The notes under the pieces: model-generated
What the model saw: only the letters and a program-made list of their open reading frames with translations
The model's database searches: none
Told to the model about the DNA's origin: nothing
In this document: positions 48,720-58,656 of the stretch, piece by piece
Layout: each line of letters begins with the position of its first letter
Numbering within the stretch: position 1 is the stretch's first letter
Position numbers and translations under genes: made by a program
NCBI GenBank assembly: GCA_031416315.1
Contig: JANOTL010000208.1
Location: 1 to 63,138 of the forward strand
Source of the DNA: Pseudomonadota bacterium
GTDB taxonomy: Bacteria; Bdellovibrionota_B; Oligoflexia; Oligoflexales; CAIYRB01
DNA: 63,138 nucleotides
Direction: 5' to 3'

Positions 48720-49916
48720 CTATCTCGAATGACTATCTATTTTAACGGACTCTGTATACAGCCCATGCGGCTGTAAGGCTTCCACCAAAAGGCCGGCCAT
48801 CCACAGGAAGTCGCCTCCTGAGTAGACGCGATTGCAATGGATCGACGAGACGAGGCTTTCGCGCGGAGCGCGCTGCCACAGCCAGTCGGCGCTACGGTCG
48901 CAGTTGAGCGGCAACCGCTCCTCCGGGAACTGCGGCATCTCTAGGAGCTCGGTTAAGAGCTGCGCCGCCGCCTGCGGGGACAACGCCCCCGCTGCGCGTA
49001 GCCATAAGTAGCGGTGGAAGAGGTTCTTCGGATCGATCTCCACGAGCTTGGCTGTCGTCCATAGGAGCCGTTGCTTCTCCAGGTCGCCCGCTCCGGCCCA
49101 CGAGGTCGCCTCCCCTATCCAGCCGAGCCAGGGCGCCCGCTCCGCCTTCGCGAGCTCCGGGTTGTCGTGCGTCGCCTCCAGCTCTACCCACGCCGACAAG
49201 GCCGCAAGGTGAGCCTCATAGCCCGGGGTGATCCACTCGAGGCTCAGCTCGACGGTCGAATAGCCTTCGCGCACGAGCAAAGGCAGCTCTTCCTGCGGCA
49301 CGCCGGAGCCGGAGGCGACGACGCGGAGGAGCTTGGCGATGTTCGGCGTCAAATAGCTCAGATACCGCGGCCCGGTGCCGAAATAGCCGTCGTTGGTCCC
49401 GATCAGCGCGAGGAGCATGCGAAGATGCTCGGCGTGCCCCTCCGGCTTCTGCGACATCGCCACGAGGAGGCCGACCATCATGTCCCGAGACGTCGACTTC
49501 GGACAGCGCGGGTGCCGCATCCACATGCCGTTCGCCTGCGAAAGCTCGATCGCGCGCCAAGCCTCGCGCGCCTCCGCCTCGAGGCCGAGCTTCACGAGCC
49601 CGACGTAACGCAAGGCCGAGAAGAGCAGGGAGTCGCACGTATCGCGCGGCGTCCCGTCGCGGTTGAGATTGACGAGCATGCCGTCGATCAGGTGCGAGGA
49701 CCCGATCAGTCTTTCATACGTCTTCGTCCGCTTCATCGCCCGGTCCGCGAGCTCAGCCCGCTCTTCCACCGAAGGCGGCGGTATCATCCGCGACCACAGC
49801 AGATAGGAATCGCGCGCCCGTCCGAGCCAACGCGCGTTGGCGACGAGCTGCGAATAGGCCGCGATCGACCCAAAAAGGATCAATCCCGTTAGCAATGTGC
49901 TCAGGAAGGGACGCAA
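48720..49916 (-). CDS. Membrane-anchored hypothetical protein
   Basis: N-terminal hydrophobic segment; CDSLLF, W.RHP, SRDM..G, W.WQR, G.DF motifs. Confidence 0.7.
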   Translation of the reverse strand: MRPFLSTLLTGLILFGSIAAYSQLVANARWLGRARDSYLLWSRMIPPPSVEERAELADRAMKRTKTYERLIGSSHLIDGMLVNLNRDGTPRDTCDSLLFSALRYVGLVKLGLEAEAREAWRAIELSQANGMWMRHPRCPKSTSRDMMVGLLVAMSQKPEGHAEHLRMLLALIGTNDGYFGTGPRYLSYLTPNIAKLLRVVASGSGVPQEELPLLVREGYSTVELSLEWITPGYEAHLAALSAWVELEATHDNPELAKAERAPWLGWIGEATSWAGAGDLEKQRLLWTTAKLVEIDPKNLFHRYLWLRAAGALSPQAAAQLLTELLEMPQFPEERLPLNCDRSADWLWQRAPRESLVSSIHCNRVYSGGDFLWMAGLLVEALQPHGLYTESVKIDSHSR

Positions 49917-50000
49917 AAAAAGGACCCCGACGGCGAGTCGAAGTCCTTATCGGCAGAATCGGGAATTTCCCAAAATTCGCCCGAAAATGTCGAAAATCTC

Positions 50001-51566
50001 TTAGGTTGGCAAGCGGAAGCCGAAGTCCGGCTCCACGTACGCCGTGTCCATCTGCGCCAGCTGCAGCTTCCCGGACATGTCCCAGTTCACCGCGTGCCAT
50101 TTCGTGAACTGGTCGATGACCCAGATTCCGGATTGGCGGCCGCCGTTGCCGCTCTTGCCGTTACCGCCGAACGGCAGGTGCGCCTCGGCGCCCGTCGTCG
50201 AGTTGTTGATGCTCGACATGCCGGCGGTGATCTCCGTCTTGAACTGGTAGATGCGCTGCGGATCGTTCGAGTAGATCGCCGACGACAGGCCGTAGCCCGT
50301 GTCGTTGGCGAGCGCCATCGCTTCGTCCATGTCGCTGAACTTCAGCACGTTGAAGAGCGGCCCGAAGGTCTCGGTGTCGTAGATCTTGTCGGTCTTCTTC
50401 ACGTTGAGCAGGATGTTCGGACGCGCGTAGAAGCCGTTCTCCCCGTCGCCGTCGAAGTGCTGCCATTCGACGCCGTGACCGATCCAACCGCCTTTGCCCA
50501 GCGGCAGCTCGTGGTGCTTCTCCACCAACGTCTCCAGATGCTGGAGGTGGGTCTTCAGGAAGCGCTCGCTGATCATCGGGCCGTAAGTGTTGGCCGCGGT
50601 GAACGGGTTGCCGATCTTGATCTCCTTCGCGCGCTTCACCAGCTTCTCGACGAATTGATCGTGGATCTTCGCGTCGAGGATCAGGTTACCGAGCGAGGTG
50701 CAGCGCTGGCCGGCGGTGCCGAAGCCCGACCAGATGACGCCGTCGAGCGCCATGTCGACGTTCGCGTCGGAGCACACGATGAGCGGATTCTTGCCGCCGA
50801 GCTCGAGGCACGGCGTCTGCAGCGCGCGGCCGCAGGCCTCGCCGATTTTCCGGCCGATGGCCGTCGAGCCGGTGAAGCCAATCTTGTCGAACGAGCCTTC
50901 GTCGATCAGCTCGACCATCGCGGCGCCGGTCGTCGGGCCGTTGCCCAGGACCGTGTTGAAGACGCCGCGCGGCACGCCGGCCTTCGCCAGAAGCTCCGTG
51001 AAGAAGTAGGCGGTGAGGAGCGCGTCCTCGCTCGGCTTCCACACGCAGGTGTTGCCCGCGACCAAGGCCGGCACGAAGTACCAGCTCGGCACGGCGACCG
51101 GAAAGTTGCACGCCGTGAGGCAGCCGAACACGCCGATCGGGCGGCGGTAGGTGAAGCACTCTTTGTTCGGCATCTCGGAAGGGATCGTCTGGCCGTAGAG
51201 GCGGCGTCCCTCGGAGACGAAGAAATTGCAGGTATCGATCGCTTCCTGCACCGAGCCGAGCGCCTCGCGATACGGCTTGCCGATCTCGCGGGCGACGATC
51301 TTGGAGTAGGTTTCTTTGTTTACTTCCAGCAATTTGCCGAAGTTCTGGATGATGCCGGCGCGGACGGGGGCCGGCGTCTTCGCCCAGGACTTCTGCGCGC
51401 CGCGCGCGGCTTGGGCGGCTTGGCGGACCAGGTCCTTGTCCGCCTCGCCGAAGCTGGCGACGACGTCCTTCTTGTTGGCCGGGTTGATCGACTTGATCTG
51501 ACCCTTGCCTTTGACCCACTCGCCGTTCACATAGGCGGCGAACTGCGACTCGATGACGGGTTTCAT
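50001..51566 (-). CDS. Aldehyde dehydrogenase family protein
   Basis: FTGST, LELGGKNP, GQRCT, ETFGP, PFGG.G.SG. Confidence 0.95.
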   Translation of the reverse strand: MKPVIESQFAAYVNGEWVKGKGQIKSINPANKKDVVASFGEADKDLVRQAAQAARGAQKSWAKTPAPVRAGIIQNFGKLLEVNKETYSKIVAREIGKPYREALGSVQEAIDTCNFFVSEGRRLYGQTIPSEMPNKECFTYRRPIGVFGCLTACNFPVAVPSWYFVPALVAGNTCVWKPSEDALLTAYFFTELLAKAGVPRGVFNTVLGNGPTTGAAMVELIDEGSFDKIGFTGSTAIGRKIGEACGRALQTPCLELGGKNPLIVCSDANVDMALDGVIWSGFGTAGQRCTSLGNLILDAKIHDQFVEKLVKRAKEIKIGNPFTAANTYGPMISERFLKTHLQHLETLVEKHHELPLGKGGWIGHGVEWQHFDGDGENGFYARPNILLNVKKTDKIYDTETFGPLFNVLKFSDMDEAMALANDTGYGLSSAIYSNDPQRIYQFKTEITAGMSSINNSTTGAEAHLPFGGNGKSGNGGRQSGIWVIDQFTKWHAVNWDMSGKLQLAQMDTAYVEPDFGFRLPT

Positions 51567-51608
51567 GCGGCTGACCCCTTAAAGGTATGAACCGCGGAAA
51601 CTACCCGC

Positions 51609-52382
51609 TCAGTGGCCGGAATACCAGGTTTTCTCGGCCATGACGTTTTGCCCGGCGATCGACGGGTGGAAGCAGTCGATGGGTGAGACGTGCGACCAGT
51701 CGAACTGCGTTTGCGCCACGGTCGGGTCGAAATGCACGTTCTCCGGGAAATCCGCGGCGATGCGCGCGAGGGCCTCGTTCGCGTCCCCCCAGCGCAGGCG
51801 GAACTCCTCCCGCTGTGCCTGCGTCCGCGAGCCGTCGAGGAGCGGGCGGCACATCCCGATGATGTTCCACTTGAGCTGGCAGCTCGGCTGGTTCACCGCG
51901 ACTTCCCAAAGATTATAGATGTCGGGGATCGGGCCGAGGATGATGTGCGCCGAGGGCCGGGCGGTGACGAGCTTCCGAAGGCCCATCCGTACGTCGTACT
52001 CGAACTGCGCGAGCTGCTCATGATGCTCGTCGGCCCAGCCGCATACGTCGTTGGCGCCGATCACCATGGTGACGAAGTCGGGCTCGCTCGCCAAAAGGCG
52101 GGTGATCTGCCGATCGAGACCGGAGGCCACCGCGCCGGAGATCGCCTCGTTGTCGGCGACGACGGGACGTCCGATCTCGAGCTCCAGGCGACGTTTGTGG
52201 CTCAGGACGATCTCGGAGTTGCCGGTGCTCCAGCTGTGCTCGCGGTTGTCGCCGAGATGCTGCGCGTTGAAGGCGGCGGTCAGCGAGTCGCCGACGGCCC
52301 CGAGCACGATTCTGTCGTCGTCATCGGCAGCGGCCGTAGCCGCAAAGCCGACCGCCAAAGCGATCGAGAGAAGAGCGCGCAT
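51609..52382 (-). CDS. Secreted SGNH/GDSL hydrolase
   Basis: GDSLT, GANDVC, DCFHPS. Confidence 0.9.
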   Translation of the reverse strand: MRALLSIALAVGFAATAAADDDDRIVLGAVGDSLTAAFNAQHLGDNREHSWSTGNSEIVLSHKRRLELEIGRPVVADNEAISGAVASGLDRQITRLLASEPDFVTMVIGANDVCGWADEHHEQLAQFEYDVRMGLRKLVTARPSAHIILGPIPDIYNLWEVAVNQPSCQLKWNIIGMCRPLLDGSRTQAQREEFRLRWGDANEALARIAADFPENVHFDPTVAQTQFDWSHVSPIDCFHPSIAGQNVMAEKTWYSGH

Positions 52383-52498
52383 CGAAAATCCTCCTGAAAT
52401 CTTCACAGAAGCGTAGCATGCCGCGCCGAATTCAGAAAATCGCACTTTTGTCTCGTCTTTACGTATACTTCGCTTATTCACCCCGCGGAGGCCAGGGA

Positions 52499-52735
52499 AT
52501 GGAGCGCAGGTCTGCCAACAGATGCCCGGTTTGCCAGGGGCCTGCCGTCGAGGACGCGTCCGCGCCCGAAGGCGTCCGCTGCCGCCGCTCGACCTGCACG
52601 CACAATCATAGTCAGGTGAAGTGCCCACGCTGCGGCAAGCAGGACCTCGAGTCGGTCAGCTTCGAGAGCAAAGCCTGGAAATATACGTGCCGCGAGTGCG
52701 TGCACTCGTGGACGGTCGACGGAGCGAAGGTTTAG
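52499..52735 (+). CDS. Small double zinc-ribbon protein
   Basis: CPVC, CRRSTC, CPRC, CREC. Confidence 0.7.
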   Translation: MERRSANRCPVCQGPAVEDASAPEGVRCRRSTCTHNHSQVKCPRCGKQDLESVSFESKAWKYTCRECVHSWTVDGAKV

Positions 52736-52738
52736 ACC

Positions 52739-54004
52739 TCAACCTCCGACCACGTTCCCGAGGTCGAACACCGGCAAATACATCGCCATGACGACGAATC
52801 CGACGATCGAGCCGATGCCGACGATCATGATCGGCTCGATCATCGAGAGCATCGTCTTCACCGCGAGGTCGACCTCGTCTTCGTAGAACTCGCTCACCTT
52901 CATCAGCATGTCGTCCAAGGCGCCGGTCGTCTCGCCGACGGCGACCATCGACACGACCATCGGCGGAAAGAGGCCGCCCTCGCCGAGCGGCTCGGAGAAT
53001 TTCGCGCCCTGCTCGATGCGCGAGCGGACGTGGACGACGAAAGTCTCGATCATCTTGTTGCCCGAGGAGGCGGCGCAGATGGAGAGCGCCTCGAGCAAGG
53101 GCACGCCGGAGGTCAGCATCGTCGCCATCGTGCTGCAGAAGCGGCCGACGGCGATCTTACGGATGAGCTGCCCGAAAACCGGCACTTTCAGGATGATCTG
53201 GTCGAAGCGCGCGCGCCCGGAGTCGGTCTGCACCCAGCGGGAGAAGAATAGGCCCGCGCCGACGGCCGCGCCGAGCGGCACGTACCACTGCTCGATGAGG
53301 AGGTTCGAGATGTCGATGACGACCTGCGTCAGGCCCGGCAGCTCCTTGCCGCTACCTTCGTACTGCTTCGCGAACATCGGCACGACGAAAACGAGGAGGC
53401 CCGTGATCACGACGAAGGCGACCGCGACGACGATCAAGGGATACATCATCGCTCCCTTGACCTGCGATTTGATCTTCGCCGCCTTCTCGATATAGGAGAC
53501 GAGCTTCATCATGATCGTGTCGAGGTTACCGGAAGCCTCGCCCGCGCGGACCATCGAGACGTAGAGCGAGTCGAACTGCTTCGGATAGGCCTCGAGCGCG
53601 TCGCTCAGGGTCGCGCCGTTCTCGACCGCGCCGCGGACGGTGTCGAGCTGCCGGCCGAACGAGCGCACGCGCTGCTGCGCGGCCAGGATGCCGAGCGTCT
53701 GGATCAAGGGGACGCCGGAGGAGATCATCGTGGCGAACTGCTTCGAAAAGATGATCAGATCTTTATCCGTCGCCTTCTGCTCGCCGAGCTGAAGGTTGTA
53801 ATTCCCGTCCTTGTCCTTGTAGAGGATCTGGCTGAAGAGCCCGCCGCCCCCGTCGGTCGCGTCGAGCTTGGTCGCCTTGATCGTGACCGGGCGGAGGCGC
53901 ATCTTCAGGAGCTGGCCGCGCACGGCTCCCTTGGAGTTGGCGGTGACCTTCCCGGTCCGCATCTTGCCCCGTGCATCGCGTGCTTTGTAGAGGAACTCGG
54001 CCAT
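52739..54004 (-). CDS. pilC: Type IV pilus platform protein PilC
   Basis: Q.ATMI.SGVP, GE.SG.L, AM.YP, GE.TGAL, EP, MYLP.F. Confidence 0.93.
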   Translation of the reverse strand: MAEFLYKARDARGKMRTGKVTANSKGAVRGQLLKMRLRPVTIKATKLDATDGGGGLFSQILYKDKDGNYNLQLGEQKATDKDLIIFSKQFATMISSGVPLIQTLGILAAQQRVRSFGRQLDTVRGAVENGATLSDALEAYPKQFDSLYVSMVRAGEASGNLDTIMMKLVSYIEKAAKIKSQVKGAMMYPLIVVAVAFVVITGLLVFVVPMFAKQYEGSGKELPGLTQVVIDISNLLIEQWYVPLGAAVGAGLFFSRWVQTDSGRARFDQIILKVPVFGQLIRKIAVGRFCSTMATMLTSGVPLLEALSICAASSGNKMIETFVVHVRSRIEQGAKFSEPLGEGGLFPPMVVSMVAVGETTGALDDMLMKVSEFYEDEVDLAVKTMLSMIEPIMIVGIGSIVGFVVMAMYLPVFDLGNVVGG

Positions 54005-54018
54005 CGTTTACCTTGCGG

Positions 54019-55149
54019 TCATGCCCCGCGCTTGGGCGTATAGCCGCCACCTGGTTTAGCTGGTCCGCGTCCGGGCGCAGCACCGGCCCGCTTATTCAGG
54101 ATCTCCTCGAGCTCCTCCGGCTCGTTCGACGAGTTCCGCGCCAGCTCGAGCGAGATGAACCGCCGGTCGGCGAGCGATAAAAGGGCCTGATTCATCGTCT
54201 GCATGCCGCTGCTTTCCTGCCCGGTCTGCATTGAAGAGTAGATCTGATGCAGCTTGTCCTCGCGCACCAGGTTCCGGATCGCCTTGTTGGGAATCAAGAT
54301 CTCCATCGCCATCACGCGCCCGCCGTTCTGCGCCGGCAGGAGCTGCTGCGACAAGACCGCTTGTAAGGTCATCGAAAGTTGCGTGCGAATCTGCAGCTGC
54401 TGATGCGGCGGAAACACGTCGATCACCCGGTTGAGCGTCGAGATGCACGAGTTCGTGTGCAGGGTGGCGAACACCAGGTGACCGGTCTCGGCGGTCGTCA
54501 GCGCCATCGAGATCGTCTCGAGGTCCCGGAGCTCGCCGACGAGCACGACGTCTGGATCCTCGCGCAAGGCGCTTTTCAAGGCGCGCGCGAAGGACATCGT
54601 GTCGGAGCCGACCTCGCGCTGGTTCACGACGCAGTTCTTGTGCGAGTGCACGAATTCGACCGGGTCTTCGATCGTCACGATGTGATCGTGCCGAGTCGTG
54701 TTCACGTGGTTGATCATCGACGCGAGCGTCGTCGACTTGCCGGATCCCGTCGGGCCCGTGACCAGGACGAGGCCGTTCGGCAGATCGCAGAGCGTCTTCA
54801 CCACCGGCGGCAGGGCCAGCTCCTCGACCGTGTAGATGCGGAATGGGATGACCCGGAAAACGCCGGAGACGCAACCTTTTTGCATGAAGATGTTGGCGCG
54901 GAAGCGCGCCAGATTCTTCACGGAGAAGGCGAGGTCGAGCTCGCGGTTCGCCTCGAATTCCTTCTTCTGGTCCTCGGTGAGCACGCTGTAGCAAAGTTGC
55001 TTGGTGTCGGCGGGGGCGAGCGCGGGCAGCTCGAGCGGCAGGAGGCTACCGTCGATGCGCAGCCGCGGCGGCGTCTCGGCCGAGATGTGCAGGTCGCTGC
55101 CGCCCTGGTCGAGCAGCGCCTTCAACAATTGGGGCAGGGTGTAGTTCAT
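54019..55149 (-). CDS. pilT: Type IV pilus retraction ATPase PilT
   Basis: SDLH, GPTGSGKSTT, TIEDPVE, LREDPD, AIRNLVRE. Confidence 0.95.
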   Translation of the reverse strand: MNYTLPQLLKALLDQGGSDLHISAETPPRLRIDGSLLPLELPALAPADTKQLCYSVLTEDQKKEFEANRELDLAFSVKNLARFRANIFMQKGCVSGVFRVIPFRIYTVEELALPPVVKTLCDLPNGLVLVTGPTGSGKSTTLASMINHVNTTRHDHIVTIEDPVEFVHSHKNCVVNQREVGSDTMSFARALKSALREDPDVVLVGELRDLETISMALTTAETGHLVFATLHTNSCISTLNRVIDVFPPHQQLQIRTQLSMTLQAVLSQQLLPAQNGGRVMAMEILIPNKAIRNLVREDKLHQIYSSMQTGQESSGMQTMNQALLSLADRRFISLELARNSSNEPEELEEILNKRAGAAPGRGPAKPGGGYTPKRGA

Positions 55150-55157
55150 CTTTTCCT

Positions 55158-56882
55158 CTAGGCCGCGGCCGCGCCGCCCCGCAAGTCGTCGTCGGAATCG
55201 GACGCCGTCGTCTTCGTGACCTCCAGCGCGCTCGAGATGCCCTGCACCATCTTGTTCAAAGCGGATTGCCGGAGCGTGCGCATGCCGTTCTGCATCGCGA
55301 TCCGCTTCATCTTCATCGCCGGCATGCCGGCCAGGATCGCGTCGCGCACCGGATCGGACAGGCGCAGCACCTCGTGGACGGCGATCCGGCCGCGGTTCCC
55401 CGTGCCGCCGCAAGCCGAGCAACCGGCGCCCTTGTAGGCGCGCACGCGGTCGGTGTACTGCGGGTGGATGCCGAGCTCGACCATGATCGCGGGCGTCACC
55501 GCCTCGTCGACGACCCGGCATTTCTCGCAGATCCGGCGCATCAGGCGCTGGGCCGTGATGCAGGTCAAGGCCGAGACCAAGTTGAACGGCTCGACTCCCA
55601 TGTTGAGGAGCCGCGAGATCGTCTCCGGCGCGCTGTTGGTGTGGAGGGTCGACAACACCATGTGGCCGGTGAGCGCGGCCTTGATCGCGATTTCCGCCGT
55701 CTCCAGGTCGCGCACCTCGCCGACCATGATGATGTCGGGATCTTGGCGGAGGAAGGAGCGGAGCGCCGCGGCGAAGTTGAAGCCGATGTCGGGCTTCATT
55801 TGCACCTGGTTGATGCCTTCCAAGTTGTATTCGACCGGGTCCTCCGCGGTCATGATGTTGTCGGCTTCCTGGTTCAGCTCCGACAGGGCGGAGTAGAGCG
55901 TCGTCGTCTTGCCGGAGCCGGTCGGCCCGGTCACGAGCACCATGCCGAAGGGCGCGTAGATCGACTTTTTGAACTTGTCGAGCTCGTCCTGCTCGAAGCC
56001 GAGCTGGGTCATGTCGACCTGCAGCGCGCTCTTGTCCAAGATCCGCATCACGACCTTCTCGCCGTACACGGTCGGCAAGCTCGAAACCCGGAAGTCGACC
56101 GGCTTGCCGCCGATCGAGATGTTGATCGCGCCGTCCTGCGGCAGCCGCGATTCCGCGATATCCAGGCTCGACATGATTTTGATCCGCGAGGTCAGTGCGG
56201 CTTTCATCGATGCCGGCGGGCGTGCGATCTCGTGCAGCACTCCGTCGATGCGCAGACGAACACGGAGGAAGGACTCGTAGGGCTCGATGTGAATGTCCGA
56301 GGCTTTGCGGTGCAAGCACTGCATTAAGACTTGGTTGACCAGCTTGATGATCGGGCCGTCGCCGCTCGCTCCGGACGAGATGTCTTGGCGAACGTCTTTG
56401 GCCTTCTTGTTGATCTCGACGGTGCTCCCGCTCTTGTCCATCGAGTTCACGTCGAGCATCTTGCCGTAGTATTTGTCGAGAGCCTCGGTGATGCGCACCT
56501 CGCTCGCGAGCACGGGCTTCGGGAAGAAGCCGACGCTGAAGCGGATGGCGTCGATCGCGGCGAGGTCGCGCGGGTCGCCCATCGCGACGATGATGTTGTT
56601 GCCGGCGCGGTCGATGGGCACCACGCGGTGCTTCATCGCTAGGTCCTTGGGGAGCAGCGTGATGATGGCGCCGGGGATGTCCATCTCGCCGAGCGCCGCC
56701 TTCGGGACGCGGTAGTACTTCGAGAAGACTTCGAGAATCGTCGCTTCGGGCACGGCGCCGGACAGCTCGAGCGCATGCATGAGGGAGAGGCCCTCACGGC
56801 GAGCTTTGTCTTCGGCCTTGGCGAAGTCGGCATCGCTGATGATGCCGTTCTTGACCATGAATGTGCGGAGTGGATTCGACAT
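55158..56882 (-). CDS. pilB: Type IV pilus assembly ATPase PilB
   Basis: ASDIHIEP, RLPQDG, GPTGSGKTT, LRQDPD, tetra-Cys zinc site. Confidence 0.93.
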   Translation of the reverse strand: MSNPLRTFMVKNGIISDADFAKAEDKARREGLSLMHALELSGAVPEATILEVFSKYYRVPKAALGEMDIPGAIITLLPKDLAMKHRVVPIDRAGNNIIVAMGDPRDLAAIDAIRFSVGFFPKPVLASEVRITEALDKYYGKMLDVNSMDKSGSTVEINKKAKDVRQDISSGASGDGPIIKLVNQVLMQCLHRKASDIHIEPYESFLRVRLRIDGVLHEIARPPASMKAALTSRIKIMSSLDIAESRLPQDGAINISIGGKPVDFRVSSLPTVYGEKVVMRILDKSALQVDMTQLGFEQDELDKFKKSIYAPFGMVLVTGPTGSGKTTTLYSALSELNQEADNIMTAEDPVEYNLEGINQVQMKPDIGFNFAAALRSFLRQDPDIIMVGEVRDLETAEIAIKAALTGHMVLSTLHTNSAPETISRLLNMGVEPFNLVSALTCITAQRLMRRICEKCRVVDEAVTPAIMVELGIHPQYTDRVRAYKGAGCSACGGTGNRGRIAVHEVLRLSDPVRDAILAGMPAMKMKRIAMQNGMRTLRQSALNKMVQGISSALEVTKTTASDSDDDLRGGAAAA

Positions 56883-56916
56883 GGCCTCAGCGTTTCGGCT
56901 GAAAACCTCTGTCGGA

Positions 56917-57729
56917 TTACTTCTTCGTTGGCTTGTAGAAGGTCCGGGGGTCGACGTGCTTCATGCGCAGGTGGCGCAGCTGCAAGGTCAGAAGACGGAA
57001 GAAGACCGATCCCATTTCCTCTTCCCCGGTTTTTTTGGCGAGCTTCAACTGCTTCTTCAGAAGGTCGTCGACCTTCTGGGGGTGCAGGACGAGGCCGCCC
57101 GAGAGCTGCTGCAAGCCGCCGATCGGAAAGAGAAAACCCTGGAAGATGTTGCTTTTCTCGAGGCCGATGAAGTTTTCGCCGCCTTTGGCGCCGACCGTCG
57201 ACTTCTGGCCCGTGACCAAGTCGACGACGACCATCTGTTTGGCGTCGACTTTTTTGATTTGGAACACCGAATGGCGGAAACCAGCCAGGCGGTGGACCGC
57301 CTCCGGAAGCGCGTCGCCGCGCTGCGCCAAGAAGATCTGGAAGGGCGTCGCCGCCGTCGATCCCAGGGCGGGCCGCTCGAAGACGTAGTGGTCGAAGAAA
57401 TAGCTGACCCGCGCCCCGAAGAAAGCGTCTTCGTGGAAGACCTTGCCGGCGCGCAGGTGGAAGTTCTCGCGCGCGGCGACGAGCGCCTCGAGGCCGAAAG
57501 TCTCCGACGACCACGCGATGAGGTGCTCGAGGATCTCGTCCAACGAAGGCGTCGCGGACAAAGGCTTCGGCGGATTCGGGATCGGCGCGGAGATCGGCGT
57601 CGGCGTCGGCTTGCGGGGGACGAACGGCGTCTTCGGCGGCTGGTGTGCTACGCCGCGCTCTTGCTTGTCGGGGCCATTGGTTTCCAACACCACTCGAGAA
57701 CCTTCTCGCCGAGGACGGGAATGCGCCAT
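56917..57729 (-). CDS. Hypothetical protein upstream of pilB
   Basis: Coding-like ORF (F..R..YF.D.Y.FER, HS.F); start uncertain (57687-57729). Confidence 0.7.
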   Translation of the reverse strand: MAHSRPRREGSRVVLETNGPDKQERGVAHQPPKTPFVPRKPTPTPISAPIPNPPKPLSATPSLDEILEHLIAWSSETFGLEALVAARENFHLRAGKVFHEDAFFGARVSYFFDHYVFERPALGSTAATPFQIFLAQRGDALPEAVHRLAGFRHSVFQIKKVDAKQMVVVDLVTGQKSTVGAKGGENFIGLEKSNIFQGFLFPIGGLQQLSGGLVLHPQKVDDLLKKQLKLAKKTGEEEMGSVFFRLLTLQLRHLRMKHVDPRTFYKPTKK

Positions 57730-58067
57730 TTCAAGGGGATCCAGACGTAGAGTCTACCCCGGCCACAAGCCTTTTGCATGAGCATTCCGAGGTCCTCCGC
57801 CGCTCCGTCCGCGTTTTCCGAGGGCGCGGTGACGACGATGTCTTCCATCGGTATGTAAACGTCATGACTGAGGAAATGCTTTTGCAGCCCGCGACGTAGG
57901 GACATCGTCTGCTGCGAGTCGTCCCAGTCTTGATCGCTCATCGTCGGCAGGGTCGCATCCCGCGTCGCGGCGAGCGCGCGTAGCGCCGGGAGCGAGCTCC
58001 ACGCGGCTGCGAGAATCCACGGCAAAATCAGCAGAAAAATGAAGGTGAGGCGACGGATCAGCGGCAT
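57648..58067 (-). CDS. Hypothetical membrane-anchored protein
   Basis: N-terminal TM; TGATG-coupled to the upstream gene. Confidence 0.65.
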   Translation of the reverse strand: MPLIRRLTFIFLLILPWILAAAWSSLPALRALAATRDATLPTMSDQDWDDSQQTMSLRRGLQKHFLSHDVYIPMEDIVVTAPSENADGAAEDLGMLMQKACGRGRLYVWIPLKWRIPVLGEKVLEWCWKPMAPTSKSAA

Positions 58068-58645
58068 CAGGGCGTCTTTCCCGCTTGGCGCCAGAGCACT
58101 TCCGGCACGTGCAGGCGCTGCGACACGACGCGCCCCGCGACGAAGAGCCAGTCGCTCAGTCGATTCAGGTAAATCCTCGGCTCTTCACGGACGTCCTCTT
58201 CACGCGCGAGCGCGACGACGCCCCGTTCCGCGCGCCGGCAAACGGTCCGGCAGACGTGAGCGAGCGAGTTCGCCTGATGGCCTCCGGGCAAAACGAAGTT
58301 CGCGAGCGGCGGCAAGGTCTCCATGTACGCGTCCATCTCCTGCTCGAGACGCGCGATCGAAGCGGCCGTCACGACCTGCTGCTTCTTCACGTCGAGGACC
58401 TTGGCCGGCGTCGAGAGCTCGCCGCCCAGATCGAACATGTCGTTTTGGATTTGGGCCAGCTGCGCCAGCAGGTCGGGAAACGCACTTTCCCCAAGCGTGT
58501 CGCGCCATAACCCGAGAAAGCCGTTGAGCTCGTCTACGTTTCCGTAAGCGTCGATGCGGACCGAGTCCTTGGGCACCTTCTCGCCACTGGCGAGGAGGGT
58601 CGTGCCCTTGTCACCGACCTTCGTGTAGATCTTCGTGAGGCGCAC
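58067..58645 (-). CDS. PduO-type cob(I)alamin adenosyltransferase
   Basis: IYTK.GD.G.T, YG.VDELN, RRAER, YLNRLSD. Confidence 0.93.
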   Translation of the reverse strand: MRLTKIYTKVGDKGTTLLASGEKVPKDSVRIDAYGNVDELNGFLGLWRDTLGESAFPDLLAQLAQIQNDMFDLGGELSTPAKVLDVKKQQVVTAASIARLEQEMDAYMETLPPLANFVLPGGHQANSLAHVCRTVCRRAERGVVALAREEDVREEPRIYLNRLSDWLFVAGRVVSQRLHVPEVLWRQAGKTP

Positions 58646-58656
58646 GGACCAGCCAC

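Noticed and set aside
54019..56319. 766-aa ORF suggesting an extended PilT
   Set aside because: The extension is an out-of-frame overlap with pilB; PilT starts at ATG 55149
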